From contig JAYKGY010000061.1 in NCBI GenBank assembly GCA_035285545.1, forward strand, positions 1 to 21,284: a stretch of 21,284 bases of DNA. The letters are read 5' to 3'. How positions within the stretch are numbered: position 1 is the first letter of the stretch; the number at the start of each line of letters is the position of its first letter. The notes beneath the pieces were generated by a model. The model worked only from the letters and a program-made list of their open reading frames with translations. It was not told where the DNA came from and ran no database searches. The DNA is from Snowella sp. (GTDB lineage Bacteria > Cyanobacteriota > Cyanobacteriia > Cyanobacteriales > Microcystaceae). The position numbers were made by a program, and so were the translations under genes. Shown one piece after another: positions 8,151 to 16,971 of the stretch.

Positions 8151-8741
8151 ATGACTGTTTGTTTCACTGCCTCAGAATCTGTTGCTATCACGGTCGATGA
8201 ACCCACAGCCTCTATCCAGCACTATCTCCGTCAGCCCCAACGCCTTGTTAGCGCGATCGCCGATCCTAAACTGGTGGAAGTCTTGAGCGATAACCGCTTT
8301 CGTCTAAAAATGCGTCCCCTCAACTTCATGGATCTCTATCATCTCCAGCCAACGGCAGTGTTAAAGGTTTGGGCCACCTCAACAGGCACCGTTTATTTAG
8401 AATCCGAAAGTTGTGAAATTCAAGGTATTGATTATCTTAATCACCGTTTTTCTCTGCAATTAAAAGGACGATTAGCCCCCTACGAGCAAAATGGGCAAAC
8501 GCACTTACAAGGAAAAGCGGATTTACAAGTCAGTATCGATTTACCTGCCCCCCTCTTGTTAACCCCTGCCCCAATCATAGAAATTACAGGTAATGGATTA
8601 TTAAAAGGCGTTTTGTCCCGCATCAAACAACGATTGCTCAACCATTTACTAGACGATTATCGTCATTGGGCCCATCAAAGCCAACCCCAAGCGGAACAGT
8701 CTCAAAAACAACTCAATCCCTCATTTAATCCTTTAACTTAA
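8151..8741 (+). CDS. DUF1997 family protein (SRPBCC-like)
   Basis: IQHYLRQPQRLV, FRLKMRPLNF, GNGLLKGVLSRIKQRL, as in conserved cyanobacterial DUF1997 proteins. ATG 8151 is preferred over TTG 8136. Confidence 0.8.
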   Translation: MTVCFTASESVAITVDEPTASIQHYLRQPQRLVSAIADPKLVEVLSDNRFRLKMRPLNFMDLYHLQPTAVLKVWATSTGTVYLESESCEIQGIDYLNHRFSLQLKGRLAPYEQNGQTHLQGKADLQVSIDLPAPLLLTPAPIIEITGNGLLKGVLSRIKQRLLNHLLDDYRHWAHQSQPQAEQSQKQLNPSFNPLT

Positions 8742-8780
8742 CGCATTTCGCTTATAATTTATTTCGATATTTCTATAAAC

Positions 8781-9512
8781 ATGCGGCATCGTATGACTCC
8801 TGAATTTTTCTATCCCTATCCAACTTTAATTTCAGGAATTTTACGAAAACGCTATAAACGCTTTTTTGCGGATATTGAACTTGAATCAGGGGAAATTGTC
8901 ACTGCCCATTGTCCTAATACGGGCCCAATGACGGGGGTTTGCCAATTGGGTAGTCCTGTCTATCTGTCTCTGAGCAATAATCCCAAGCGGAAATTGGCTT
9001 ATACCTGGGAAATGATTTATGTGGATAATACCTGGGTGGGCGTTAATACTGCCTTACCGAATCAGGTCATCAAAGCCGCATTAACCCAAAAGATTTTTCC
9101 AGAATTAGCGTCTCTATACACAGAAATCAAATCTGAAGTTCCCTACGGAAAAGATAAAAAAAGTCGCATTGATTTTTTATTAACGTCATCTGAGCATCCG
9201 CCCATTTATGTTGAAGTTAAAAATACGACATTAGCTCAGGGAAACCTTGCTTTATTTCCTGATACGGTGACGACTAGAGGCCAAAAGCATTTACAGGAAT
9301 TAATGGATTTGTTGCCTGACGCTAAAGCTGTGATGTTGTACTTTATTAATCGCGGCGATTGTACGACATTTAATGCGGGGGATGAGTTTGATCCCACCTA
9401 TGGCCAATTGTTAAAAGAAGCCGTTACCCAAGGGGTGATGGTTTTGCCTTGTCGGTTTGCAGTGAGTCCCCAAGGCATTCGCTATTTAGGGTTAGCGCAA
9501 TATGCTCGTTAA
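8781..9512 (+). CDS. sfsA: DNA/RNA nuclease SfsA (sugar fermentation stimulation protein)
   Basis: KRYKRFFAD, AHCPNTGPM, SRIDFLL, YVEVKN, FPDTVTTRGQKHL. An alternative start is ATG 8793. Confidence 0.96.
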   Translation: MRHRMTPEFFYPYPTLISGILRKRYKRFFADIELESGEIVTAHCPNTGPMTGVCQLGSPVYLSLSNNPKRKLAYTWEMIYVDNTWVGVNTALPNQVIKAALTQKIFPELASLYTEIKSEVPYGKDKKSRIDFLLTSSEHPPIYVEVKNTTLAQGNLALFPDTVTTRGQKHLQELMDLLPDAKAVMLYFINRGDCTTFNAGDEFDPTYGQLLKEAVTQGVMVLPCRFAVSPQGIRYLGLAQYAR

Positions 9513-9546
9513 TCTCAATACTCCCAAATTAATACGTTTGATTATC

Positions 9547-9695
9547 GGTGTTGCTGATTTGAAGTATGTTTTAGCCCCCCTAGCCTACCAACTTTGGAGG
9601 GAATAGTTAACGGAAAGTCCCCCAGAATTGGGAGATTTAGGGGGCTTTTGAAAAGTTATTGTGATAGGAAATTCATATCTCGATTAGGCAACGCC
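9547..9695. mobile_element. 149-bp MITE with IS1-like terminal inverted repeats and an 8-bp target-site duplication
   Basis: Left end GGTGTTGCTGATTTGAAGTATG (9547-9568) versus the reverse complement of the right end GGCGTTGCCTAATCGAGATATG (9674-9695): 15/22 identical. Flanks are TGATTATC (9539-9546) and TGACTATC (9696-9703). Confidence 0.75.
9573..9646. repeat. GC-rich branched palindrome (cyanobacterial short dispersed repeat/REP-like) inside the MITE
   Basis: Outer stem AGCCCCC(C)TA / TAGGGGGCT enclosing hairpins CC(TA)CCAA-CT-TTGGAGG and AAGTCCCCCA-GAAT-TGGGAGATTT. Confidence 0.7.
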
Positions 9696-12600
9696 TGACT
9701 ATCTACTGAGTTTTTTAGGCTGAGATATTGATTTTCTAAGGTTGCCCTCACTTCAGGAAAGGTGTTTACCGTATGGGATAGGTTATCTCCATCAAATTCT
9801 TGGATCTGATGTTCTAAGGTGAGCGCGTAATTTCGTAAAACCGTTGAGTGATATTCATCCGCCCAGGCTTCTAATCGCTGAGCAAATTGGCGTAACTCTC
9901 TCATAATCATGGTTTGACGCAATCTACACCAAATTTGATGTTCTTCGGCTTCTAGTTTGCTAATCAGTTCGGGCAAGCGTTCTATTGTTTCGGACGCTTC
10001 AGGCGCGATCGCGGACAGCAAGGGGTTGGGTACTGGCTCAGGGGTATCGGAAACCCTGGAATCAACCAAAGCAGTAGGAGAAGCAATTTTTCGTAATGGC
10101 AAAATTCCCTTAAAAACACGGACTAAATCAGCCCTAGTGATGGGTTTTAACAAAAATCCTTGAACATACTGTTGCGCGTTTGCTTTAAGCTCAGGGCTTA
10201 AGGATGCAGCCACAATAAGAATAGGAATGGTTTGGGTTTCCGACAGATGCCGTAATGTGACGATGACGGCCTGGCTATCCAAATAAGACATAAACCAATC
10301 CATCAAAATCAGATTTGGCTGGGACGTTTGGGCAATTTGAATTGCTTCTTGACCATTGGAGGCCTCTAAAATTTGATGATCCGTTGTTTGGAAAAATCCC
10401 CGCATTAGCTCCCGATTTGAGGCGACATTATCTACGATTAGAATCTTGGCCGGGACAAACTGGTTTAAATCGTTGTCTACGGGGGAACCGTGGGAAATGA
10501 TACTGTGGTCAACAACGACCTGGGGAAAAGTAAACTGAAAGCGGCTACCTTTCCCTAGTTGACTCTCTAATTGAATCGAACCACCAAGCATTTCCGTTAA
10601 ACGGCGAGTAATGGTTAATCCTAAGCCCGTCCCACCGTATTGGCGGGTACTTTGCCCCTCACTTTGGGTGAAGGCTTCAAAAATACGCTGTTGGTTTTGG
10701 GGGGCGATGCCAATTCCCGTATCTTCTACGCTTAGGATGAGGTCTAGGGTGTCTAGGGTTTGATAATGGCAGTCCACTCTCATGTTAATGGAGCCTTTTT
10801 CGGTAAATTTCAGTGCATTTCCCACCACGTTAAACAGGATTTGACGTAAGCGAATGGGATCAAACTGAATTTGTTTGGGGACGGTATCGGCAATGGTTGT
10901 GAGCAGTTGAATATTTTTCTGTTTCGCTTTTTCTGAAAAAATCTGTCGGACTTCACTGATTAATTGGCGAATTTCAACGGATTCATAGTGGATTTTCAGT
11001 TTTCCCGCTTCAATTCTAGAGAGATCGAGGATATCGTTGATCAATGCGAGTAGGGTTTTCCCGCTAGAGCTAATGGCCTCAAGGTAGCTACGGGATAGTG
11101 GCTCTGCGATCGCGCCTTGTAGTAGGTCACAAAATCCCAGGATGGCATTCAGGGGGGTGCGAATTTCGTGACTGATATTGGCTAAAAATTCACTCTTGGT
11201 ACGATTGGCAATTTCGGCTGCTTGCTTGCTACGTTCGAGATCCTGGGTTCTTTCCTGAACCTGCTGTTCTAAGTCCTGGTTATAACGAGTCAGAATTTTT
11301 TCCGATTTTTTCCGTTCGCTGATGTCTTGGAAAATGGCGATCGCGTATTCAACTTTGCCTTCTTCAGAGAGTACGGGGGTGGCGGTCATTTGGACAGGAA
11401 TAACTTGGTGGGCAAGATGAATTTCCAAATCTTCTGCGGTGGCAGGATGACCCTGGAGGGCTAGAAAAGACGGAAGTTGATGGGGGGGATAGGGTTCTTG
11501 GCTGGCAACTTGATAGAGGGGAAAATGCTGGGTTGAAGGAAATTCCTCGGTTGTCGTTGAAGCATCATTAAATAACAGCGATCGCCCCGTGCGATTGACG
11601 AAAAATAAACGACCATCGGCGTAATAAATCACAATTCCAACAGGAACCGCCTCCAAAAAATCGATCAACCGTTGCTGATCCACTTCTAAGGTTTCAAAAG
11701 ACTGCTTTAATTGCACTGCCATTTGATTAAAGGTGTCGGCCAACTCGCCCACTTCATCGTTGCGCTTGCCAATATTGATCGCTTCAAAATTTTGGATCGT
11801 TAAATCCTTGGCTGCTTGATTTAACCGGAGAATGGGAATGGTGATCCAATCGGCGGTATAGCCACCAATGAGCAAGGCAAGGATCAAAGCAGTAATTGAA
11901 AGCAATAAGGTGCGATTGGTACTCTCGGTAATTTTATGGGTAAAATCCGACTCAGGAATGGTGACCCCAATTAACCAATCCAGACCTTGTTTTTCGCGCC
12001 AAGGGGTAACCCGCATGAGTTGTCGCTGTCCCTGCCATCGAAAAGATAGGGTCGTTGCCGTTTTGATCGCTTTAAAATTGGCGAATTGCTGATAGAGAGA
12101 TTTCCCAGATGCTTGGATGAGGGGATCGGGAAAATCCAGCAAGGACAATCGTTTTGCTCGGTTATTGTCCAAAACAAACGGAGCATGTTCAGCCGAAGTG
12201 GCGACAATCTTGCCGTTTCGTTCAACAATAAACACCTGACTGTTCGGGGTCACTTTCAGCGATCGCAGATAATCTTGAATATTGGCTAAAAACAGATCAA
12301 CACCCACCACCCCGATCGATTGACCCGATGAATTTAACAGGGGTTGTCCTGAACCAATCACAATAATTTCAGGATTATCTTCCCAGTTGTAAATATCTGT
12401 CCAAGCAAAACGACCCGCGGCTTTCGGTTGCTGATACCAAACCTGGTTATGAAAATCCCCAAAATCTAATTTTTTTAAAAGCTTTCCCCGTTTACCCCCT
12501 GGTAAACTTTCGTATTGATACAGGATTTGTCTATTGCCAGGGAGAGCTTGTTCAATATAAATCCGATTAGAAAAATTATCTGCCCGTCCTAAGCCAATAA

Positions 12601-12982
12601 ATAAACCGTTTTCAAAGCCATAGTTAAGATAGCTAATTTTTGGGAAAATTTGGGACAATCGCCATAAATAGTGTTCAACTGCCGCTTGATTCTTGATATC
12701 TAAATTTCCTGATTCGACCGCATCCACCATAAATTGAATGGCTGCCTGGGGAGCTTGAAAATAATAATTTAGATGCTCTTCTACCTGTTTTCCGGCTTGA
12801 ATTTGTAATTGTAGGGCTAACTCATTAACCGCACGGTTGCTATTGGAAATATAGAGATAGCTCACCAACGAAACTGTCCCGACTATCTGCAAGACAAAAG
12901 GAACGAGGAGGACGGTTCGTAGACGGGTCTGACGCTGAAAGAAATGGACTAAACGATTCCGCAAGAAAGTCTCCCTGTCCAA
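9656..12982 (-). CDS. Membrane-bound hybrid sensor histidine kinase (TM-dCache-TM-HAMP-PAS-HisKA-HATPase-REC)
   Basis: Two hydrophobic segments around a Cache-like region (WYQQPK...WTDIY, GVVGVDL), HAMP (DEVGELADTFNQM), FLANISHEIRTPLN H-box, NVVGNALKFT, DTGIGI, GGTGLGL, and receiver-like KILIVD...ILMD...KPI. The TTG start is uncertain. Confidence 0.95.
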   Translation of the reverse strand: MDRETFLRNRLVHFFQRQTRLRTVLLVPFVLQIVGTVSLVSYLYISNSNRAVNELALQLQIQAGKQVEEHLNYYFQAPQAAIQFMVDAVESGNLDIKNQAAVEHYLWRLSQIFPKISYLNYGFENGLFIGLGRADNFSNRIYIEQALPGNRQILYQYESLPGGKRGKLLKKLDFGDFHNQVWYQQPKAAGRFAWTDIYNWEDNPEIIVIGSGQPLLNSSGQSIGVVGVDLFLANIQDYLRSLKVTPNSQVFIVERNGKIVATSAEHAPFVLDNNRAKRLSLLDFPDPLIQASGKSLYQQFANFKAIKTATTLSFRWQGQRQLMRVTPWREKQGLDWLIGVTIPESDFTHKITESTNRTLLLSITALILALLIGGYTADWITIPILRLNQAAKDLTIQNFEAINIGKRNDEVGELADTFNQMAVQLKQSFETLEVDQQRLIDFLEAVPVGIVIYYADGRLFFVNRTGRSLLFNDASTTTEEFPSTQHFPLYQVASQEPYPPHQLPSFLALQGHPATAEDLEIHLAHQVIPVQMTATPVLSEEGKVEYAIAIFQDISERKKSEKILTRYNQDLEQQVQERTQDLERSKQAAEIANRTKSEFLANISHEIRTPLNAILGFCDLLQGAIAEPLSRSYLEAISSSGKTLLALINDILDLSRIEAGKLKIHYESVEIRQLISEVRQIFSEKAKQKNIQLLTTIADTVPKQIQFDPIRLRQILFNVVGNALKFTEKGSINMRVDCHYQTLDTLDLILSVEDTGIGIAPQNQQRIFEAFTQSEGQSTRQYGGTGLGLTITRRLTEMLGGSIQLESQLGKGSRFQFTFPQVVVDHSIISHGSPVDNDLNQFVPAKILIVDNVASNRELMRGFFQTTDHQILEASNGQEAIQIAQTSQPNLILMDWFMSYLDSQAVIVTLRHLSETQTIPILIVAASLSPELKANAQQYVQGFLLKPITRADLVRVFKGILPLRKIASPTALVDSRVSDTPEPVPNPLLSAIAPEASETIERLPELISKLEAEEHQIWCRLRQTMIMRELRQFAQRLEAWADEYHSTVLRNYALTLEHQIQEFDGDNLSHTVNTFPEVRATLENQYLSLKNSVDSQALPNRDMNFLSQ

Positions 12983-13054
12983 CCGGCAATGGGGTGGCTC
13001 GGTACCAGGATCAATATATAACTATACATCGAAATCTAACCCGCGATCGCAGCC

Positions 13055-13399
13055 TCAGACTGGATAGCTTGGGGATAAATCATGAACCCTGATCACCGCA
13101 TTGAGATTAATCGTTCCATAAATATGGGGAAACTTTTCCGTATCGGCAATAGTATCGGTAGATTGCCCAGACGGGTGAACGGGAGCCTCCCATTTAAGCT
13201 CTGCTTCCAATAAGGTCGGTTCAATTTCTAGCAACACCAAATCCGTTTTTCCCTGATAAAAAGCCGCTAAAACAGTAGGAACCTGTGCTGCCGTACTCCC
13301 ATGAATAAACCCCTCTTGCATTAGGGATTCAGTCGTATAAAACCCTTGGGCTTGGGCGAGTTGCCATTGCCTTTGATTCGTAATGTGAAAAATAGTCAT
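13055..13399 (-). CDS. DUF952 domain protein
   Basis: IFHIT...W, EGFIHGST, LVLLEI, LKWE, FPHIYGTINLNAV. Confidence 0.9.
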   Translation of the reverse strand: MTIFHITNQRQWQLAQAQGFYTTESLMQEGFIHGSTAAQVPTVLAAFYQGKTDLVLLEIEPTLLEAELKWEAPVHPSGQSTDTIADTEKFPHIYGTINLNAVIRVHDLSPSYPV

Positions 13400-13572
13400 A
13401 GTGCGATATTGGTAAAGTTGGACAGGAATAAAAATAAGCTGCTTGATGAGGACTTTACAATGGCAGATTGGCCAAATTTCTTAAATCTTTTGTGCCATAA
13501 TTCAAAGTTTGGTACTAAAATGCAGCAACAGATTGACTTAACGTGATGGCAACTACACAGGAAAAAACAGTT

Positions 13573-14628
13573 ATGGGGAATGAAAGAATACCAGTAGGCA
13601 TTATCGGCGCATCGGGATACGGTGGTATTCAACTGGTGAGGCTCTTGTTAGACCATCCTCATGTCGAATTGGCCTACTTGGGGGGTCATAGTAGCGCAGG
13701 TAAGCCCTATTCTGACATTTATCCCCATTTGACTAATCTCGTTAATTTAACCATTGAACCCATTGATCTCGACGCGATCGCTGCCCGTTGCCAAGCGGTT
13801 TTTCTGGGACTCCCCAACGGCATTGCCTGTGATATTGCGCCTGCCCTGACCGCCAAAGGGGTTAAAGTCTTAGACCTCTCCGCCGACTATCGATTTAAGT
13901 CCTTAGAAACCTATAGCACTTGGTACAATAAAGCGCGCACTGATCAAGAAACGGCAAGCAAAGCGGTTTATGGGCTGCCTGAACTCTACCGCGAAGAGAT
14001 TAAAAATGCTCAATTAGTGGGTTGCCCAGGCTGCTATCCCACGGCGAGTTTAATGGCCCTATCCCCGTTATTAAAGCAAGGCTTAATTGTCCCGGAAACT
14101 GCTATCATCGACGCAAAATCAGGAACCTCTGGCGGCGGACGGGAAGCCAAAGTCAATATGTTACTCGCAGAAGCAGAGGGAACCCTGGGAGCCTATGGTG
14201 TGGCCAAACATCGCCATACCCCAGAAATTGAGCAAATCTGTAGCGATTTAGCCGGCCATGATGTTAGGGTACAATTTACGCCCCATTTGATTCCCATGGT
14301 ACGGGGAATCTTGGCCACCGTTTATGCCACCTTACGAGATCCAGGATTAGTGCGGGATGATCTCATCACTATCTACACGGCTTTTTACCGTTCTTCCCCT
14401 TTTATTAAAATTCTTCCCAGTGGCGTTTATCCACAAACCAAGTGGGCTTGGGGAACCAATCTCTGTTATATCGGCATTGAAACCGACCCCCGCACCGATC
14501 GCGTTATCGTGCTGTCTGCCATTGATAACTTAGTCAAAGGTCAAGCAGGGCAAGCGGTACAGTGTTTAAATCTGATGATGGGTTGGCCAGAAACCCTGGG
14601 ATTACCCCAATTAGCTTTTTATCCCTAA
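13573..14628 (+). CDS. argC: N-acetyl-gamma-glutamyl-phosphate reductase
   Basis: [61 protein letters not shown] 13573 with AGGA upstream is preferred; the ORF track starts at GTG 13543. Confidence 0.97.
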   Translation: MGNERIPVGIIGASGYGGIQLVRLLLDHPHVELAYLGGHSSAGKPYSDIYPHLTNLVNLTIEPIDLDAIAARCQAVFLGLPNGIACDIAPALTAKGVKVLDLSADYRFKSLETYSTWYNKARTDQETASKAVYGLPELYREEIKNAQLVGCPGCYPTASLMALSPLLKQGLIVPETAIIDAKSGTSGGGREAKVNMLLAEAEGTLGAYGVAKHRHTPEIEQICSDLAGHDVRVQFTPHLIPMVRGILATVYATLRDPGLVRDDLITIYTAFYRSSPFIKILPSGVYPQTKWAWGTNLCYIGIETDPRTDRVIVLSAIDNLVKGQAGQAVQCLNLMMGWPETLGLPQLAFYP

Positions 14629-14675
14629 GGTTGCAAAAGTAACGAGCCAGCGCGATCGCCGTCGATTTTCCCTGA

Positions 14676-15932
14676 TCAAGACGATTCCCCAGGAGCCTGT
14701 AAGGTAGTTTTAGACACCATACGGGTTTTCTTCCGTTCTGCTTCCGATAACTCTTCCCCGGACTGTAAACGGGTTGCATTGGTTTGTAAAATGGTTGCGC
14801 CGTTTTGATCCCCCAATTGTAAAGCGGTTTTAGCTGCCGTTTGTAACATGGTTGCAGCCCCGACGCGATCGCCGGCTTTGAGTTTGGTTTCCGCAATTTG
14901 GGTTTGACGATACTTGGCCAGACTTAAAATGGCTTTTTGCACCTGATCATTGGGTTGGGGCTGATAGGTTGTTTGTACCGTTACGGTAATCGGGATTTTC
15001 TCTGAAAGCAAATTCGTTGCCGATTGGGACGGATCATCATAGCGCACTTGAACCGAACCAATGACCTGTTCCCCTGCGGTCAGTTGGGAAAGATAGAGAT
15101 TGGCTAAAATCACCCGTGCTTGCGCCGTCATTAAATCCCCTAATCGGATCGCATAACCCTTTCCTTCTGGTTGGGGGGTAAGTTCAATCGTTTCGGGTTC
15201 AACTTGGGCAACGGGCTTGAGTTCCGCTAGGCGGACTTGGGGACTGAGTTCCAATAACACATAAGCATTGGTTAACCCCACCGTTTGCATTCGACTAAAA
15301 AGCTGACTAAAAATTTCAATGGCCTGGTCAGGTTGTTCAATATAGGAAAGCGAACCACTGGCAGAATCGGCGATCGCTTCTAAAACATCCTGATTCCAAT
15401 GGGAACCAAAACCCAGGGTATTGACCGTCACGTTATATTCAGAAGCAACTTGGGCTAATTTTAAGCATCGATCATTGTCACCGTGTTCATTTTCCCCATC
15501 GGTTAGCAGAAAAATTTGCGAAACCCGATCCTGCCGTCCTGCTGAGGCTTCGGTAATACCCAGTTTCAGCCCTTCATCAATGGCGGTTCCCCCAGAGGCT
15601 TCTAACTTTTGGATGCTAGAGATCACCGATTGCCCATTGGATACGGCTTGATGGGGAATAATGACCTTAGCCCGATGATCAAAGGCCACCACGGAGAGGC
15701 GATCACTCGGTTTTAAAGATTCAATTAACGCGATCGCGGCTTCTTTAACCGTTGCCAAGGGCCGACCACTCATGGAACCACTGTGATCTAAGACTAAACA
15801 CAGATTGAGGGGAATCGATCGATCTAAGGAGTCCGCGATCGCCGATAAAGACAAACATAATTGACGCTGACTATTGGGCTGGTTAGCATCGACGTGGGCA
15901 TCACTCAGAGCCACTTGTAAATTAACTTTCAT
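14676..15932 (-). CDS. von Willebrand factor type A (VWA) domain protein, YfbK-like
   Basis: MIDAS motif DHSGSM, GGTAI, LLTDG; conserved cyanobacterial C-terminus (ATMLQTAAKTALQLG...RKKTRMVSKT). Confidence 0.9.
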   Translation of the reverse strand: MKVNLQVALSDAHVDANQPNSQRQLCLSLSAIADSLDRSIPLNLCLVLDHSGSMSGRPLATVKEAAIALIESLKPSDRLSVVAFDHRAKVIIPHQAVSNGQSVISSIQKLEASGGTAIDEGLKLGITEASAGRQDRVSQIFLLTDGENEHGDNDRCLKLAQVASEYNVTVNTLGFGSHWNQDVLEAIADSASGSLSYIEQPDQAIEIFSQLFSRMQTVGLTNAYVLLELSPQVRLAELKPVAQVEPETIELTPQPEGKGYAIRLGDLMTAQARVILANLYLSQLTAGEQVIGSVQVRYDDPSQSATNLLSEKIPITVTVQTTYQPQPNDQVQKAILSLAKYRQTQIAETKLKAGDRVGAATMLQTAAKTALQLGDQNGATILQTNATRLQSGEELSEAERKKTRMVSKTTLQAPGESS

Positions 15933-16104
15933 AAAAACAAATACTTATAAACAAGCCTAGAATTGATCGAAGCTTATTACTCTTCAATAAGACTACTGTA
16001 TCGCAACTTCTTCTAGACTTCCAAGCTTCCCAATTAAATTTTGATTAAATTGATTGACGGATTAAACGCAATAATTTTCAAAACTTAAATTTTTAAAACT
16101 TAAA

Positions 16105-16254
16105 ACAATAGCAGTAACACGCCTTAGTGCCTCAGGAATTTTCTCGCTTAGGTTCAACATTTGTGGAGGTACGCTGAATAAATCGATTCAACAGTCTTGC
16201 TCCCTAAATATTACTTGAGAAAATATGAGCGTCTCAATGGGTTACTGCTATTGT
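16105..16254. mobile_element. 150-bp foldback element (MITE-like or structured RNA) with perfect 14-bp terminal inverted repeats
   Basis: ACAATAGCAGTAAC (16105-16118) / GTTACTGCTATTGT (16241-16254); nested inner pairings CTCA/TGAG, ATTTTCTC/GAGAAAAT, ATTT..GGAG/CTCC..AAAT, TGAAT/ATTCA. Confidence 0.6.
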
Positions 16255-16720
16255 AGATTGACGAGACAGATAGGAACTTAATCAGGTTTTTTCTCCTTTT
16301 TTAACAACAACTAACTTTACCGATAACCTTGGAAGTTTCTCTGCCAGGGAAGCCTTGTAGCTTCATTTATTAATATAGCATCATGTCCCAAGCATCTGCT
16401 TGGACTGCAAACAAACTTTACATTACAGGGATCAACCCTATCAAGCAATCTCTAGCGATAAACTTAAGCATTTTTACTTAAAATGTGTTGAGACAATTAA
16501 TTTAAAACGCAATTTTATCTTTAGTTTTAAACAGAAAACAATTTAATCATGGACAATAAACGCTGATCTTTAATTGAATATTTAAAAAAATCGGTAGCTT
16601 TATTATTAATGTATTAATGATTTGTGTAGATACTTTTTTAAGATATATTATGACAACATGATAGGATTTTTTTAGTCAACGCAATAGGTCAATTATAGAT
16701 AATTCTTTGATTGAAGCTAG

Positions 16721-16884
16721 GAGGACATTTGAAAAGCTCCATAAATGGCATAGTATATTTATACTAATCGGTGTAACATTAGACGAGTCATGCCGATATC
16801 CATGAAGACTTCAGACGTTTCCGGTAACATTTCATAGTCTGTGCTTAAATGTCGCCAATCGTTAAACAATCCAAATGTTCGTTC
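16721..16884 (-). mobile_element. IS5-family (IS1031-like) remnant: transposase C-terminus plus right terminal repeat
   Basis: Minus-strand 16884-16759 reads ERTFGLFNDWRHLSTDYEMLPETSEVFMDIGMTRLMLHRLV*, matching the VERTFGW...RRL..DYE.LPETSE...MIRLM.RRL tail of IS1031-group transposases. GAGGACATTTGAAAAG (16721-16736) resembles their terminal repeat. Confidence 0.8.
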
Positions 16885-16971
16885 CCCTAGATACGGAACT
16901 TAAAGAAATACCAAACGATGATATCGCTTCATACCCAAGTCAGAATATAAAGAAAATAAGAAGTCTTCATA

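Noticed and set aside
13346..13632. 66-aa and 78-aa ORFs across the DUF952/argC divergent region
   Set aside because: They overlap real genes and the promoter region, with no protein-like features.
14534..14896. 120-aa minus-strand ORF
   Set aside because: Alternative frame of the VWA gene 3' end and antisense to argC.
16280..16480. Short hairpins (CCAAGCA-TC-TGCTTGG; GTTTCTCT-GCC-AGGGAAGC) and tiny ORFs, considered as a Moco or cobalamin riboswitch or small peptides
   Set aside because: No full riboswitch consensus, too far from modA, and the ORFs are under 35 aa without recognisable motifs.
16824..16837. GTA-N8-TAG near-NtcA site upstream of modA
   Set aside because: Mismatch in the conserved TAC, and it lies inside the transposase remnant.
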